Positions 45,215 to 52,652 of a stretch of 52,652 bases of DNA are shown here, piece by piece (the first letter of the stretch is position 1; the number at the start of each line of letters is the position of its first letter). Under the pieces are notes generated by a model. That model did not search any database. It was not told the DNA's origin and saw nothing but the letters and a program-made list of their open reading frames with translations. Both the position numbers and the translations under genes were made by a program. Origin of the DNA: a bacterium (GTDB lineage: Bacteria; Patescibacteriota; Minisyncoccia; UBA6257; JAGOQP01). Location of the stretch: positions 1-52,652 of the forward strand of contig JAKBUF010000001.1 of assembly GCA_021844025.1 (NCBI GenBank), given 5' to 3'.

Positions 45215-45718
45215 TTACGGGATAAGGGGAGGTTTTTGTGTGGTACTTGGAACTGGTTGTAACGGGGTAGTGGTAGTTGGTAGTGGATAATTTAAAGTAG
45301 GAATATTTCCATTGGGTGGGAGGTTATTTACGTCTCCCACAAGAGCCCCCTCCACTAACCATGTGATACCGCTTGCGGACAATGCAACCACAATCCCAAC
45401 TACTGCCCACTTAAGTTGTTTCTTTGCGGTTTCCACAAGTTTTTCGTTCGCTCCCCCGCGTACAAAATTATACGCGGCAAGTAAAATCATGGCGACCGCA
45501 AATATAAAGAACGCGGTGTATAACCATTTCACTGCCGTTATCAACAACATAGTTAAACTATCGTGGGTATTTGCAACCGAAGTTATAGGAGACTCCATTT
45601 TGGTCCCTCCAAATGGATTTATGTTCATGTCTGAGGGGCTGGCAAACACCCGCGGAACGCCGTATAAAATTCCCACACTAACAGTTAGAAAAAATAAAAT
45701 AAATAAGAATTTTTTCAT
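45215..45718 (-). CDS. T4SS pilin-like small membrane protein, paralog 2 (P/T-rich C-terminal tail)
   Basis: Same architecture (WLYTAFFIFAVAMILLAAYNF..ETAKKQLKWAVVGIVVAL) plus the tail PLPTTTTPLQPVPSTTQKPP. Confidence 0.65.
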   Translation of the reverse strand: MKKFLFILFFLTVSVGILYGVPRVFASPSDMNINPFGGTKMESPITSVANTHDSLTMLLITAVKWLYTAFFIFAVAMILLAAYNFVRGGANEKLVETAKKQLKWAVVGIVVALSASGITWLVEGALVGDVNNLPPNGNIPTLNYPLPTTTTPLQPVPSTTQKPPLIP

Positions 45719-45724
45719 ACTACT

Positions 45725-46078
45725 TTATTTTATACTAAGGGCCGAACTTACAATTGAAGAAACTCCGGCAGAAACTAAAGCAATCGCAATCGCAATTACC
45801 GCATTTTTTAGCGCCGCGGTTGCTTTTTTCACTTCCGCCTCATTATCTTTTGCCATCAAGTATCGATACGCGGCAAGTAGAATAAATGCCACTGCCAGCA
45901 CGAAGAAAATAGTGTATGCCCATTTAGTCACCGCTACAATCCAATCATACACATCAGTAACGCTGTTGATCGGAGATGTTGGGGGGTTGGTCCCCACGGC
46001 AAAAGCTTGGGCACTTATAACAAACAATCCTATAGATACTACGACTTCTTTAATTTTTGTTATGATGTTTTTGTTCAT
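45725..46078 (-). CDS. T4SS pilin-like small membrane protein, paralog 3
   Basis: WAYTIFFVLAVAFILLAAYRY..KKATAALKNAVIAIAIALV. Confidence 0.65.
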   Translation of the reverse strand: MNKNIITKIKEVVVSIGLFVISAQAFAVGTNPPTSPINSVTDVYDWIVAVTKWAYTIFFVLAVAFILLAAYRYLMAKDNEAEVKKATAALKNAVIAIAIALVSAGVSSIVSSALSIK

Positions 46079-46084
46079 ATATAT

Positions 46085-46468
46085 TTATTTTAAACCAATT
46101 ACATCTTTTACCACCAATAGCACTCCGCTAGAAAAAATGACCACCACCGCCCCATAGACTGCGTGCTTGAGTGTAGAAATACCTTTTTTAAATTTTGTTT
46201 CATTGTCCTGTGCAATAAGCATTTGTATTCCGCCCCACAACACCATGGCGGTTATGACTGGGGTGGCAATCATAACCATATAGTTAATAATTCTCTGTAA
46301 TAAATCGGTAAGCGGGGTGTCTCCACTTGAATTTAATGGATCATACAGTTGTTGGGTTCCGTTTGAAACCGGACCATCTGCACGCGCCACAACTCCTCCG
46401 GCAAAAAATGCCACCAGAGCAATACACATAATGATACCCATATAAACACCTAATGATTTTTGCTTCAT
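46085..46468 (-). CDS. T4SS pilin-like small membrane protein, paralog 4
   Basis: Same two-TM hairpin architecture (MVMIATPVITAMVLWGGIQML..KKGISTLKHAVYGAVVVIF). Confidence 0.6.
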   Translation of the reverse strand: MKQKSLGVYMGIIMCIALVAFFAGGVVARADGPVSNGTQQLYDPLNSSGDTPLTDLLQRIINYMVMIATPVITAMVLWGGIQMLIAQDNETKFKKGISTLKHAVYGAVVVIFSSGVLLVVKDVIGLK

Positions 46469-46515
46469 ATTATTGTAAGTATACCCACTTAATCTCAGAT
46501 TTACAATTTTTAAAT

Positions 46516-46612
46516 CCAGTAGTGAACCCCGTTACTCAAACTAGTTGAGTAACGGGGTGAACTTTTGATACGAAGTTGTATTGCGAAGCAAACAAAAGTT
46601 CTACTATCTGGG
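46516..46612. repeat. TIR-hairpin repeat copy carrying a nested 35-nt insertion
   Basis: Identical to 42381-42442 except for one mismatch and an inserted perfect 14-bp-stem hairpin (46526-46558) flanked by duplicated gtga. Confidence 0.75.
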
Positions 46613-46673
46613 CAATTTCCAATCAAGGGAATATGTTTTTAAAATTAAGTATTAAAGAATTAAATAAAAACTA

Positions 46674-46707
46674 CTTGATAACTTTAAAACTTTATCACTT
46701 GATAACT
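46674..46707. repeat. CTTGATAAC...CTTGATAACT element, copy 2
   Basis: cttgataactttaaaactttatcacttgataact, 6 nt from the stop of the 46714 gene. Confidence 0.6.
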
Positions 46708-46713
46708 CATCTA

Positions 46714-47109
46714 CTACACTCCCAAGAAGTACAGTACGGTTTTTACAACTGCCCACGCGAGAAACGCAAACGCAAACCCCCACACCACACCCTTAATCAT
46801 ATCTTGTCCTTTTTTAAACTGCGTTTCGTTGCCCGCTGCGGTCATCATACGAAATCCCCCCACAATAATCAAAATAACCAGAATAGGAATTACAATATAT
46901 GTGATTCCAAAGTTGAGTACATTATTTAATAGCGTCCAAAAATCATTATAATTACACGGCTCTTGTCCGGTTCCCCCGCAGGGCACCAGCCCAGTTGAAG
47001 TTGCCTGCGCAAAGACCAGTGGCGCAATCATCCATAAACCCGCGGTAATTCCATATATAATTTTTTTCATACTTTTATATAGTATAGTCTCTGACAAATT
47101 ATTTGACAA
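46714..47109 (-). CDS. T4SS pilin-like small membrane protein, paralog 5 (Cys-pair form)
   Basis: LVPCGGTGQEPCNYNDFWTLLNNVLNF followed by a two-TM hairpin with ..GNETQFKKGQDMIKG.. between the helices. The probable start is ATG 47070 (MKKIIYG). Confidence 0.65.
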   Translation of the reverse strand: MSNNLSETILYKSMKKIIYGITAGLWMIAPLVFAQATSTGLVPCGGTGQEPCNYNDFWTLLNNVLNFGITYIVIPILVILIIVGGFRMMTAAGNETQFKKGQDMIKGVVWGFAFAFLAWAVVKTVLYFLGV

Positions 47110-47160
47110 TTTATATCTAATTGAAAATTAATTCATTAAAAATTAAATGTAAATTGCCGT

Positions 47161-47193
47161 GCCCCGTAGTGAGCTTTGCTCTACTACTAGGGG
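47161..47193. repeat. TIR-hairpin repeat family copy (short form), flanked by ATTGNAAATT units
   Basis: gccccgtagtgagctttgctctactactagggg. The flanks are ttgaaaattaattc...gtaaattgc and gaaattggtaactgaaaatt. Confidence 0.6.
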
Positions 47194-47237
47194 AAATTGG
47201 TAACTGAAAATTATTTGCAATAAAACCAAGTGAGATT

Positions 47238-48590
47238 TTAGTGTGAATTTATTTCATCTTGCGCAATACGCGCTCCTTGTCCTAGGTCTGTTTTTCCTAA
47301 CGCAATGTTATCAAGCATTTGCGCCCACACACTTTTGATCATTTCATCATCTTTGCGCGCCCACGTTCTTGCTACCAAAAAACTCTTGAGAAACGCGCTG
47401 TTTACTCCTTCCTTGTCTTGATTTATTAATGAAAGAAGCGCGGGTAATTTTCCGGTTGCTTGTATATATGCCGCGCTTACCTCGGGGGTCATGGTTGCAA
47501 ACCGCACAAAATGCCACGCCACGTATGGTTGCTTTGATTGTCGAGAAACCGCAAGGTTCCAGTACGACGCCAACGTCTGAGCATTTTGGGTCGCGGTAGT
47601 TAGTTGAGGAACTGGCGCGGTACCAATGTTCATGAAATTATTTTTCTTCAAAATTTCGGCAATGGCACTGTGGGTATCAATAATCATAGCGGCCTTTCCT
47701 GCCGCAAACGCGTCGCGCGCGTTTCCTAATGAATCGTTCCACGCATAGTTTACGTTTGTTGGATTAGCAAATTGCAAATAAAACGCAATTGCTTGTTGTG
47801 CGGGGCCATCAAGCATCATACCGTTTTGGGTAATAATTGGAGCACCTGACTGCAACATAAGTAATGAAAGAATATCATCAAAATTCTGTACGGTGTGAGC
47901 ACCTCCTAATGCGATTGGAGAAACGGTTATGTTCTTTTGAGCATCAACCTCGCGTAAGGTGGGCAGTAACTGAACCACCGCATCCCACGTTGTGGGAGGA
48001 TACACCACCGCGTGTGCGTTGAATAGATCTTTATTATATAAAAGGGCTAGCGCGTCAAATTCTAGTGGTAGCGCATATACATATTGATTGTTGTCGGTTG
48101 CAGTAAGAACCACATCCTTTGCAACCGCTTGCGGAAACGCCTGTTGCACCATAAAAGGGGTCACCAAAGTAAGCGGAGCGGGTACTGTTTTTGCAACATC
48201 TTTTGGCACCCAATCATTTTTTATCATAAACACGTCAGGGCCCCTTCCCTCTGCCAACGCTTGGGTAAGCGCGGTCTCGTAAGCATCCACCGAATCAAAT
48301 TTGGTATATTGAATACTCACATCTTTTGAAACGGGCTGTGCTTGATATGCGCCCTGTATAGCGGCAAATGCACTTGTTTCATCACCAATACCCCATACTT
48401 GCAACGTTACTTTCCCGGTCGGAAAATTCGGGTCTAGACTGGCGCTTGATTTGAATATAGGAATAATTCCCAATATTCCTAATACTATAAACAATACAAT
48501 CGCCCCCCCAACACCCAACACGATCATTTGTTGTTTTGAAAGCCCACTAAAAAAATCTGTGTTCATACACAATATTATACACATTTTCAT
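47238..48590 (-). CDS. ABC-transporter extracellular solute-binding protein (family 1-like), membrane-anchored
   Basis: N-terminal TM anchor followed by a periplasmic-binding-protein-like sequence of about 400 aa (LQVWGIGDE..., AAGKAAMIIDTHSAI). No permease or ATPase is adjacent. The probable start is ATG 48566. Confidence 0.6.
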   Translation of the reverse strand: MKMCIILCMNTDFFSGLSKQQMIVLGVGGAIVLFIVLGILGIIPIFKSSASLDPNFPTGKVTLQVWGIGDETSAFAAIQGAYQAQPVSKDVSIQYTKFDSVDAYETALTQALAEGRGPDVFMIKNDWVPKDVAKTVPAPLTLVTPFMVQQAFPQAVAKDVVLTATDNNQYVYALPLEFDALALLYNKDLFNAHAVVYPPTTWDAVVQLLPTLREVDAQKNITVSPIALGGAHTVQNFDDILSLLMLQSGAPIITQNGMMLDGPAQQAIAFYLQFANPTNVNYAWNDSLGNARDAFAAGKAAMIIDTHSAIAEILKKNNFMNIGTAPVPQLTTATQNAQTLASYWNLAVSRQSKQPYVAWHFVRFATMTPEVSAAYIQATGKLPALLSLINQDKEGVNSAFLKSFLVARTWARKDDEMIKSVWAQMLDNIALGKTDLGQGARIAQDEINSH

Positions 48591-48827
48591 CTTCCATTTC
48601 TACAATAAGCGCGGCTTTTTGGTGGTCTTGGTGGTGTTCTAAAATTTCCAATTTTTATAATCCTTAATTTTATAAATAATGTACCAAATTTAAATTTTCA
48701 AACATGAGAATGTATTCAAAAATCCAAAAATTATAAAATTATAAAATGTATTATTTCCCAAAAAGAAAAATTATAAAACATCTCAAAATACATTGCGTAG
48801 CACAGAATACGTACGTAATGAGATAAA

Positions 48828-48856
48828 TTGAAAATTGATACGTAACCCGCTATACT
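48828..48856 (+). promoter_or_regulatory. ftsH promoter TTGAAA-N17-TATACT
   Basis: TTGAAA at 48828-48833 comes from an ATTGAAAATT unit. TATACT at 48851-48856 lies 9 nt before ATG 48866. Confidence 0.45.
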
Positions 48857-50716
48857 GTGTGTACTATGCTTAAACTTTTTAAACCGTTACTTAAAAATAT
48901 CGTTATTGTGGTGATTGCATTTGCGGGAATTGCTATTGTGTTTGCGTCGCTATTTTCCTCACCCGCTCAAACCAAAGATATTACTCTTACCGAACTTGCC
49001 AACAAAATAAACGCGCAAGAAGTTACCCATATTACCGTTGAAGAAAACACGGTCACCGCCACTTTCAAAGATAATTCCCAAGGGGTCACTAAAAAAGAAA
49101 CTGAGTCTGGGCTTTCTGAAACTCTTAAAAATTATGGTGTTGATCCAAAAACATTACAACAAATTCCGCTTGAGGTGAAAGATCCTTCGGGGTTTTCATA
49201 TTGGCTAGGAGTTTTGCTTCCCACATTACTACCAGTTATTTTGATCGGACTTTTCTTTTGGTTCACGTTTCGCCAAGCGCGCGCGGGAGCTTCACAAGCT
49301 ATGAGTTTTGGAAAATCAAATTTAAAATTATTCTCTCCCTTTAAAGATAGGGTTACGTTTGCCGACGTCGCGGGATCCAATGAAGCAAAACAAGAGTTGG
49401 TTGAGGTAGTAGATTTTTTGAAAAATCCAAAAAAATATATAGACATTGGAGCAAAAATTCCTCGGGGCGTTTTACTTATGGGTGTTCCGGGTACCGGAAA
49501 AACTTTACTAGCGCGCGCAGTTGCGGGTGAAGCTGGTGTACCCTTTTTCCATATCTCTGCGTCTGAGTTTGTTGAAATGTTTGTGGGGGTGGGCGCAAGT
49601 CGTACCCGTGATGCGTTTTTAACCGCTAAAAAAGCGGCTCCTTCTATTTTATTTATAGACGAAATAGATGCGATTGGGCGCGAGCGTGGCGCGGGACTGG
49701 GGGGTGGACATGATGAACGCGAACAGACCCTAAACCAAATTTTGGTTGAAATGGACGGATTTGAAAAAGAGGCGCAGGTAATTGTGCTTGCGGCGACCAA
49801 CCGTCCTGATATTTTAGACCCTGCGCTACTACGCCCCGGACGATTTGACCGCCGCGTGACCCTCGATCTTCCCGACATTAACGACCGTGAGGCAATCTTA
49901 CACATTCATGGAAAAAACAAGCCACTTGCTAAAGATGTTGATTATAGAAAAATTGCCGTTCGTACTCCGGGATTTTCTGGGGCTGATCTGGCAAATCTTA
50001 TGAATGAGGGGGCGATTCTTGCCGCGCGAGAAAATAAAACAATTATAGAACAGATTCATTTATATGAAGCAATTGAAAAAGTGCTTTTGGGTCCCGAACG
50101 AAAATCGCGCACACTCTCCGAACAAGAGAAAAAAATTACCGCGTATCATGAGGCGGGGCACGCGCTTGTTGCTGCTTCATTAAAAGATGCTGACCCGGTA
50201 CATAAAATTTCAATTATTTCTCGAGGGCAAGCAGGTGGATATACTCTCAAGCTTCCTACCGAAGATCGGTACTTGCGCACTCGTAAACAATTCCTTGCTG
50301 ATCTTGCTATGACACTAGGTGGCTATAGCGCAGAAGAAACTATTTTCAAAGACATTAGTACCGGCGCATCAAATGATTTAGCGGTTGCGTCAGAAATTGC
50401 GCGTCGCATGGTTACTCGATACGGTATGGGAAAATTTGGTCCCATTACCTTTGGTAAAACACAGGAACTTATTTTCTTAGGAAAAGAAATTTCAACGGAA
50501 CGAAATTATTCAGACAAAATCGCTTCTGAAATTGATGGTGAGGTGGAGCATATTCTTTCATCTGCCCACAAAACCGCACGGGAAATGTTGCGCAAGTATA
50601 AGGACGCGCTAGATGCTCTTGCTCAAAAACTTATAGAAAAAGAAACGATTGAGAAAGATGAGTTTGAACAGTTGGTAGAACAATTCTCCATTAAACCCGC
50701 GGTGTTTTCGATTTAA
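48857..50716 (+). CDS. ftsH: ATP-dependent zinc metalloprotease FtsH
   Basis: Two TM helices, an AAA module ([14 protein letters not shown]) and the HEAGH zinc site. ATG 48866 is more likely than GTG 48857, which abuts the -10 box. Confidence 0.95.
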   Translation: MCTMLKLFKPLLKNIVIVVIAFAGIAIVFASLFSSPAQTKDITLTELANKINAQEVTHITVEENTVTATFKDNSQGVTKKETESGLSETLKNYGVDPKTLQQIPLEVKDPSGFSYWLGVLLPTLLPVILIGLFFWFTFRQARAGASQAMSFGKSNLKLFSPFKDRVTFADVAGSNEAKQELVEVVDFLKNPKKYIDIGAKIPRGVLLMGVPGTGKTLLARAVAGEAGVPFFHISASEFVEMFVGVGASRTRDAFLTAKKAAPSILFIDEIDAIGRERGAGLGGGHDEREQTLNQILVEMDGFEKEAQVIVLAATNRPDILDPALLRPGRFDRRVTLDLPDINDREAILHIHGKNKPLAKDVDYRKIAVRTPGFSGADLANLMNEGAILAARENKTIIEQIHLYEAIEKVLLGPERKSRTLSEQEKKITAYHEAGHALVAASLKDADPVHKISIISRGQAGGYTLKLPTEDRYLRTRKQFLADLAMTLGGYSAEETIFKDISTGASNDLAVASEIARRMVTRYGMGKFGPITFGKTQELIFLGKEISTERNYSDKIASEIDGEVEHILSSAHKTAREMLRKYKDALDALAQKLIEKETIEKDEFEQLVEQFSIKPAVFSI

Positions 50717-50820
50717 GATATTCTTATAGTATTAATAATAAAACACCAAATGGTGTTTTATTTTTGTACGCCCACCTCGTTATACTTGAAAATAAACGGG
50801 GTAAACCTGAACTCTTTGTG

Positions 50821-50892
50821 TCGGCTCGGTAGGATTCGAACCTACAACCAATCGTGTATAAGACGAACGCTCTACCATTGAGCTACGAGCCG
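50821..50892 (-). tRNA. tRNA with anticodon UAU (Ile, AUA-reading)
   Basis: Hand-folded cloverleaf: acceptor CGGCTCG/CGAGCCG, D-arm GCTC-AATGGTA-GAGC, anticodon arm TTCGT-CTTATAC-ACGAT (one T-T at the stem top), T-arm GTAGG-TTCGAAT-CCTAC, discriminator A. Confidence 0.75.
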
Positions 50893-50896
50893 ATGA

Positions 50897-50945
50897 TAAC
50901 CAGCTGCCCGCCCCGTCATATACGTAGTATATTATCGGGGAGCTA
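50897..50945. repeat. 49-nt tRNA-upstream element, copy A (inverted relative to 51744-51792)
   Basis: The reverse complement tagctccccgataatatactacgtatatgacggggcgggcagctggtta matches copy B at 41/49 positions. Confidence 0.65.
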
Positions 50946-50999
50946 CAAACGTGCACGTTATTAACACTACCCTATTCATAAAAATTTTCAACCCAGTAG

Positions 51000-51060
51000 T
51001 TTTTAAAATTGTAAAATTAGAAATTGGTTGGAAATTGTAAATTGATAATTGAATATTATT
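51000..51060. repeat. ATTGNAAATT intergenic array
   Basis: The sequence is ttttaaaattgtaaaattagaaattggttggaaattgtaaattgataattgaatatt. Confidence 0.7.
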
Positions 51061-51070
51061 CAGCTATGCT
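51042..51070 (+). promoter_or_regulatory. dedA promoter TTGATA-N17-TATGCT, 6 nt before the ATG (leaderless-type)
   Basis: TTGATA at 51042-51047, TATGCT at 51065-51070 and ATG at 51077. Confidence 0.4.
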
Positions 51071-51076
51071 GAATGC

Positions 51077-51676
51077 ATGCATTTTCTGATCTTATTCAGC
51101 CAAGCGCATCCCCTGCTTATTTATGGCGCTGCATTCCTGATGATGTTTATTGAGGGAGATATTTCCCTTTTGGTGTTTGGGGCACTTGCGCGCGGGCATT
51201 TAATTGGTTTTTCACAAGCGTTCTTAGTTGCGTTTGTAGCCACCCTGATTCACGATGCCCTCTTTTGGCGGTTAGGAGAATGGCTGGGACGCAGACAAAA
51301 GAAAAAATATCTCTACTTCAATCTTGATACGTTTGTAGGGTTCATGGAGCGCTATCGATCGTTTGTAGGAATCTTTATTGTTCTTTCAAAATTTGCGTGG
51401 AATTTTAATCGTATTGTACTGGTATCGGTTGGTTATATTAAAATTCCCCTCAAGCGGGTTATGAAATATTCCTTTATTACCGCGCTTTTGTGGCCATCAT
51501 TATATATGACCATTGGATATATTTTTGCAGATCAATTAGACATCTTCCGCCAGCGAATTGAAATTGTTGCATTAGCAGTGGTTGGTATTATTGTTCTTCT
51601 TATGTTATTTGAGCGCTTTATACGTAAGATAGTAGATAAAGCTTTCACTAATGGAGATGAATCGCAGACCAACTAA
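51077..51676 (+). CDS. DedA-family (SNARE-associated) membrane protein
   Basis: LIYGAAFLMMFIEGDISLLVFGALA and four to five TM helices, typical of DedA. Confidence 0.7.
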   Translation: MHFLILFSQAHPLLIYGAAFLMMFIEGDISLLVFGALARGHLIGFSQAFLVAFVATLIHDALFWRLGEWLGRRQKKKYLYFNLDTFVGFMERYRSFVGIFIVLSKFAWNFNRIVLVSVGYIKIPLKRVMKYSFITALLWPSLYMTIGYIFADQLDIFRQRIEIVALAVVGIIVLLMLFERFIRKIVDKAFTNGDESQTN

Positions 51677-51743
51677 AACTCTTGTGTTTGTGTATTTTTT
51701 CTGATATATCTACCCTATCGCCCCGTTAGATTTTATGGACGAT

Positions 51744-51792
51744 TAGCTTCCCGATGACATACTACGTATATAACGGGACAAGCAGTTGGTTA
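51744..51792. repeat. 49-nt tRNA-upstream element, copy B
   Basis: tagcttcccgatgacatactacgtatataacgggacaagcagttggtta. Confidence 0.65.
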
Positions 51793-51808
51793 GAGCGTCT
51801 CGTTTACA
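51783..51808 (+). pseudogene. tRNA-Val 5'-half fragment (D-loop to anticodon), 60 nt upstream of the intact gene
   Basis: The 26 nt cagttggttagagcgtctcgtttaca are identical to 51843-51868. There is no acceptor or T-arm. Confidence 0.7.
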
Positions 51809-51830
51809 TCCTGTTTAAAATTTAAAATAC

Positions 51831-51904
51831 GCGCGCTTAGCTCAGTTGGTTAGAGCGTCTCGTTTACACCGAGAAGGTCGAGGGTTCGAATCCTTCAGCG
51901 CGCA
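51831..51904 (+). tRNA. tRNA-Val (anticodon UAC)
   Basis: Hand-folded cloverleaf: acceptor GCGCGCT/AGCGCGC, D-arm GCTC-AGTTGGTTA-GAGC, anticodon arm TCTCG-TTTACAC-CGAGA, T-arm GAGGG-TTCGAAT-CCTTC, discriminator A. Confidence 0.9.
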
Positions 51905-51914
51905 CAGAATATAT

Positions 51915-51944
51915 AAAAATAGACACCATCCGGTGTCTATTTTT
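51915..51944. terminator. Bidirectional terminator
   Basis: atagacacc-atcc-ggtgtctat flanked by an A-run and a T-run. Confidence 0.7.
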
Positions 51945-51947
51945 ATA

Positions 51948-52463
51948 TTATGCTGCCTTTCTTTTTTCAGTTGGTTCTTTGTGTATGTACAGATTATCTA
52001 TTTCTTCCTGCTTCTTTTTATTGCGTTTTATTTGCTCCTCTCTTGAGAGCTTTCGCCATTCCACACCCGGTAAAGAATACTTGCGTTTTATTCTCCAAAT
52101 TTCATAAGGAAGAAAATTTTTATTTTTTGAAATAAATTCTCCTGTCTCCTCAAGTTCTTCTGTTGAGGGATCATTCTCTAGACCAAACCCCTCTGCGACT
52201 GGACGGTTCGCATCAATATCTTCAATAATAAGATCTTCAAAATTTTCCGTTTCGGGATCAATCACCTCTCCTACAGGAACGAACGCATCCCCACTCTTTT
52301 CTTTGTGTTTTTGTTCACTTGCAAGGCGATTTAATTCATCATCTTTTATCTCTTTTTCGGGAATCTCGGGGCTTTGATCTATCGCTTCGTTTTCTCTGTC
52401 TCCCATCTCATTTATTTTTGGCTTTGAGGATTTTTCCTCTTCCCAATTAATGAATTCTTTCAT
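51948..52463 (-). CDS. Acidic hypothetical protein
   Basis: 171-aa ORF, E/D/K-rich, with no TM helix and no recognisable domain. Confidence 0.45.
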   Translation of the reverse strand: MKEFINWEEEKSSKPKINEMGDRENEAIDQSPEIPEKEIKDDELNRLASEQKHKEKSGDAFVPVGEVIDPETENFEDLIIEDIDANRPVAEGFGLENDPSTEELEETGEFISKNKNFLPYEIWRIKRKYSLPGVEWRKLSREEQIKRNKKKQEEIDNLYIHKEPTEKRKAA

Positions 52464-52570
52464 GATATATGAATATTACTTATTTTTCATTGTATCATAT
52501 ATTCAAATATATGTCAATCTTATCCGGTAATGTGCAAGGACATATGGCGGTTTTCTCCTAGAATGGAGAA

Positions 52571-52652
52571 ATGGCTATAGCTATGGCACAAACAATACAA
52601 GAAGAACGACTTAGATGGGTACTCCCCATCATCAATAAAGAGCTTCGATTGG
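52571..52652 (+). CDS. 5' fragment of an ORF running off the window (possibly an HTH/transposase-like N-terminus)
   Basis: GGAGA RBS followed by MAIAMAQTIQEERLRWVLPIINKELRL. The ERLRW..PI pattern is reminiscent of N-termini of some IS-family transposases, which is only a weak impression. Confidence 0.3.
   Translation, partial: MAIAMAQTIQEERLRWVLPIINKELRL

Noticed and set aside
45312-46157. 281-aa plus-strand ORF spanning three pilin-like genes.
   Set aside because: It is antisense to three well-formed minus-strand genes that have signal peptides and conserved paralogy. Its translation is low-complexity (A/T/S-rich) and it has no RBS.

Overview
This is a 52.6-kb AT-rich, tightly packed bacterial chromosome segment. 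The housekeeping backbone is a PilB/GspE ATPase, ECF sigma, TsaE, ClpB, HtrA, cysteine desulfurase, FtsK, RecA, TrmH-like methyltransferase, LCP protein, FolD, TatD, MetRS, AI-2E permease, M16 peptidase, GlyRS, RecO, PNPase, S15, Xer recombinase, H+-PPase, FtsH and DedA. Many small secreted or membrane ORFs lie between these genes. Five tandem T4SS-pilin-like genes, the tiny membrane proteins and the sparse metabolism suggest a CPR/Patescibacteria-like organism (inference). The standard code applies, since TGA terminates conserved genes. There are three tRNAs (Leu-UAG, an unusual Ile-UAU, Val-UAC), no rRNA and no CRISPR. The main accessory system is a diversity-generating retroelement (DGR) at 15024-17669. 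It has a 112-nt TR/VR pair, aligned by hand, whose 14 mismatches all fall at TR adenines. It also has a reverse transcriptase and an Avd-like four-helix-bundle gene on the opposite strand. A C10/G10 homopolymer lies in the RT/avd head-to-head overlap and sets the avd reading frame, and a DEDD exonuclease gene sits directly downstream of the RT. Other notable signals: (1) a TIR-hairpin (MITE/REP-like) repeat family, with one composite copy inserted in frame in tsaE and a near-identical pair bracketing 4.1 kb beside tRNA-Leu; (2) ATTGNAAATT arrays in most intergenic regions; (3) recurrent TATACT-N6-9-ATG leaderless-type promoters; (4) a 40-bp palindrome present twice with compensatory arm changes; (5) partial tRNA duplications.
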